A stretch of DNA of 63,833 nt, counting the filler, from Pelomyxa schiedti (taxonomy: Eukaryota; Protista; Evosea): the NCBI GenBank assembly GCA_020536535.1. It is 8 parts of 8 records of this genome, joined end to end, with 100 filler letters (N's around TTAATTAATTAA, not from the genome) between each part and the next. Parts side by side here need not be neighbours in the genome. Positions count along the whole stretch, not along the records: positions 62,416 to 63,833 come from JAHLWZ010002518.1; 7 more parts are not named here. One strand, written 5' to 3'. The notes beneath the pieces are model-generated. The model was given only the letters and a program-made list of their open reading frames with translations, did no database searches and was not told the origin of the DNA. The position numbers and the translations under genes are program-made. Below, piece after piece: positions 63,184-63,833 of this stretch (positions within the stretch are counted from its first letter, which is position 1; the number at the start of each line of letters is the position of its first letter).

Positions 63184-63833
63184 CAGCAGCGTCGGTCACA
63201 ATACAGTGGCGCCACAGCCACGGGGGGCATGGGCACGGGTAGCATGAGCAGTGGCACTGGCACTGGCACGGACGCGGATGGGTACGCGGCCAGGGGGGGT
63301 GGCGGCGGGGGTGGTGGTGGTGGTGGTGCGGAGTGTGCTGTGATCGTCGGGTACGACGCGGCCACGACCGGGGGTGGGGGTGGGGGTGTAGAGGTAATCG
63401 CCACGCGCAGGGGCTCCGGCCCATCACCGCCACCCTCACCACTACATTCAACAACCACCACCGCATACACTAGCACACCAGCAACACCAACAAAGACGGG
63501 GATAAGCTGTGTATCAGTTGATATTACAACATCACCCGGCTCCATCGAAAGCACCGGCACCAGCACCAGCACCACCAGCACCAGCAGCACAAGCGGGAGT
63601 GCCACGGACACACGGAATCAAATCCAACTCACACAACCACCACCACCAACAGCAGCAGCAGCAGCAGCGTCATCACATGGTAGCGGATCACAGGCATCAG
63701 TGGCGAGTGTCAGGTGTAATGGTGGTGATGTGGGTGGCGGTGGCGGTGGCGGTGGGTTGCAGGGGGCAGTGGCGAGTGGAGGGGGAGGGGCCGGCGCAGG
63801 GAGGGCCGTGGTGCTGCCGTGTGGCCATGACGT
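62875..63833 (+). CDS. Low-complexity protein with a probable interrupted RING-type zinc finger; runs off the window end
   Basis: Stop-free frame from ATG 62875 to the end (absent from the ORF track); CPCCMRTY at 63094 and AVVLPCGHD at about 63805-63831. Confidence 0.6.

Noticed and set aside
8202-63833. A functional ubiquitin-system cluster (BTB, MINDY, RING, F-box-like genes)
   Set aside because: The genes lie on different contigs joined by artificial linkers, and such genes are common in eukaryotes
1-63833. Alternative genetic code or stop readthrough suggested by fragmented ORFs; tRNA/rRNA genes
   Set aside because: In well-conserved genes the stops fall inside short GT-AG introns; no structural RNA was recognisable

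Overview
Eukaryotic genomic DNA: dense genes with short GT-AG introns (about 35-100 nt). The gene families and low-complexity style suggest an amoebozoan/archamoeba such as Pelomyxa (inference). The window is a patchwork of contigs joined by N100 gaps and artificial N-TTAATTAATTAA-N linkers, so adjacency across gaps is unreliable. Recognisable genes: a WWE-WGR PARP, a BTB/KCTD protein, an exportin-5-like karyopherin, an atypical Rab, a Crinkler-like P-loop NTPase + restriction-endonuclease-fold protein, a multipass membrane protein, a RhoGEF built from four IQ-DH-C1 modules with no PH domain, a MINDY deubiquitinase, and ankyrin, MORN and split-RING fragments. Also present are an array of Cys-containing type-I surface proteins, about seven distinct members of a largely intronless orphan family (F-box-like N-terminus, propeller-like C-terminus), three degenerate Ty3/gypsy elements (one with a chromodomain) and several probable haplotype duplicates. 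The best novelty candidates are the 4x(IQ-DH-C1) GEF, the Death/EAD1-like-NTPase-REase protein and the orphan F-box-like family. All calls come from reading motifs by eye; no database searches were run.
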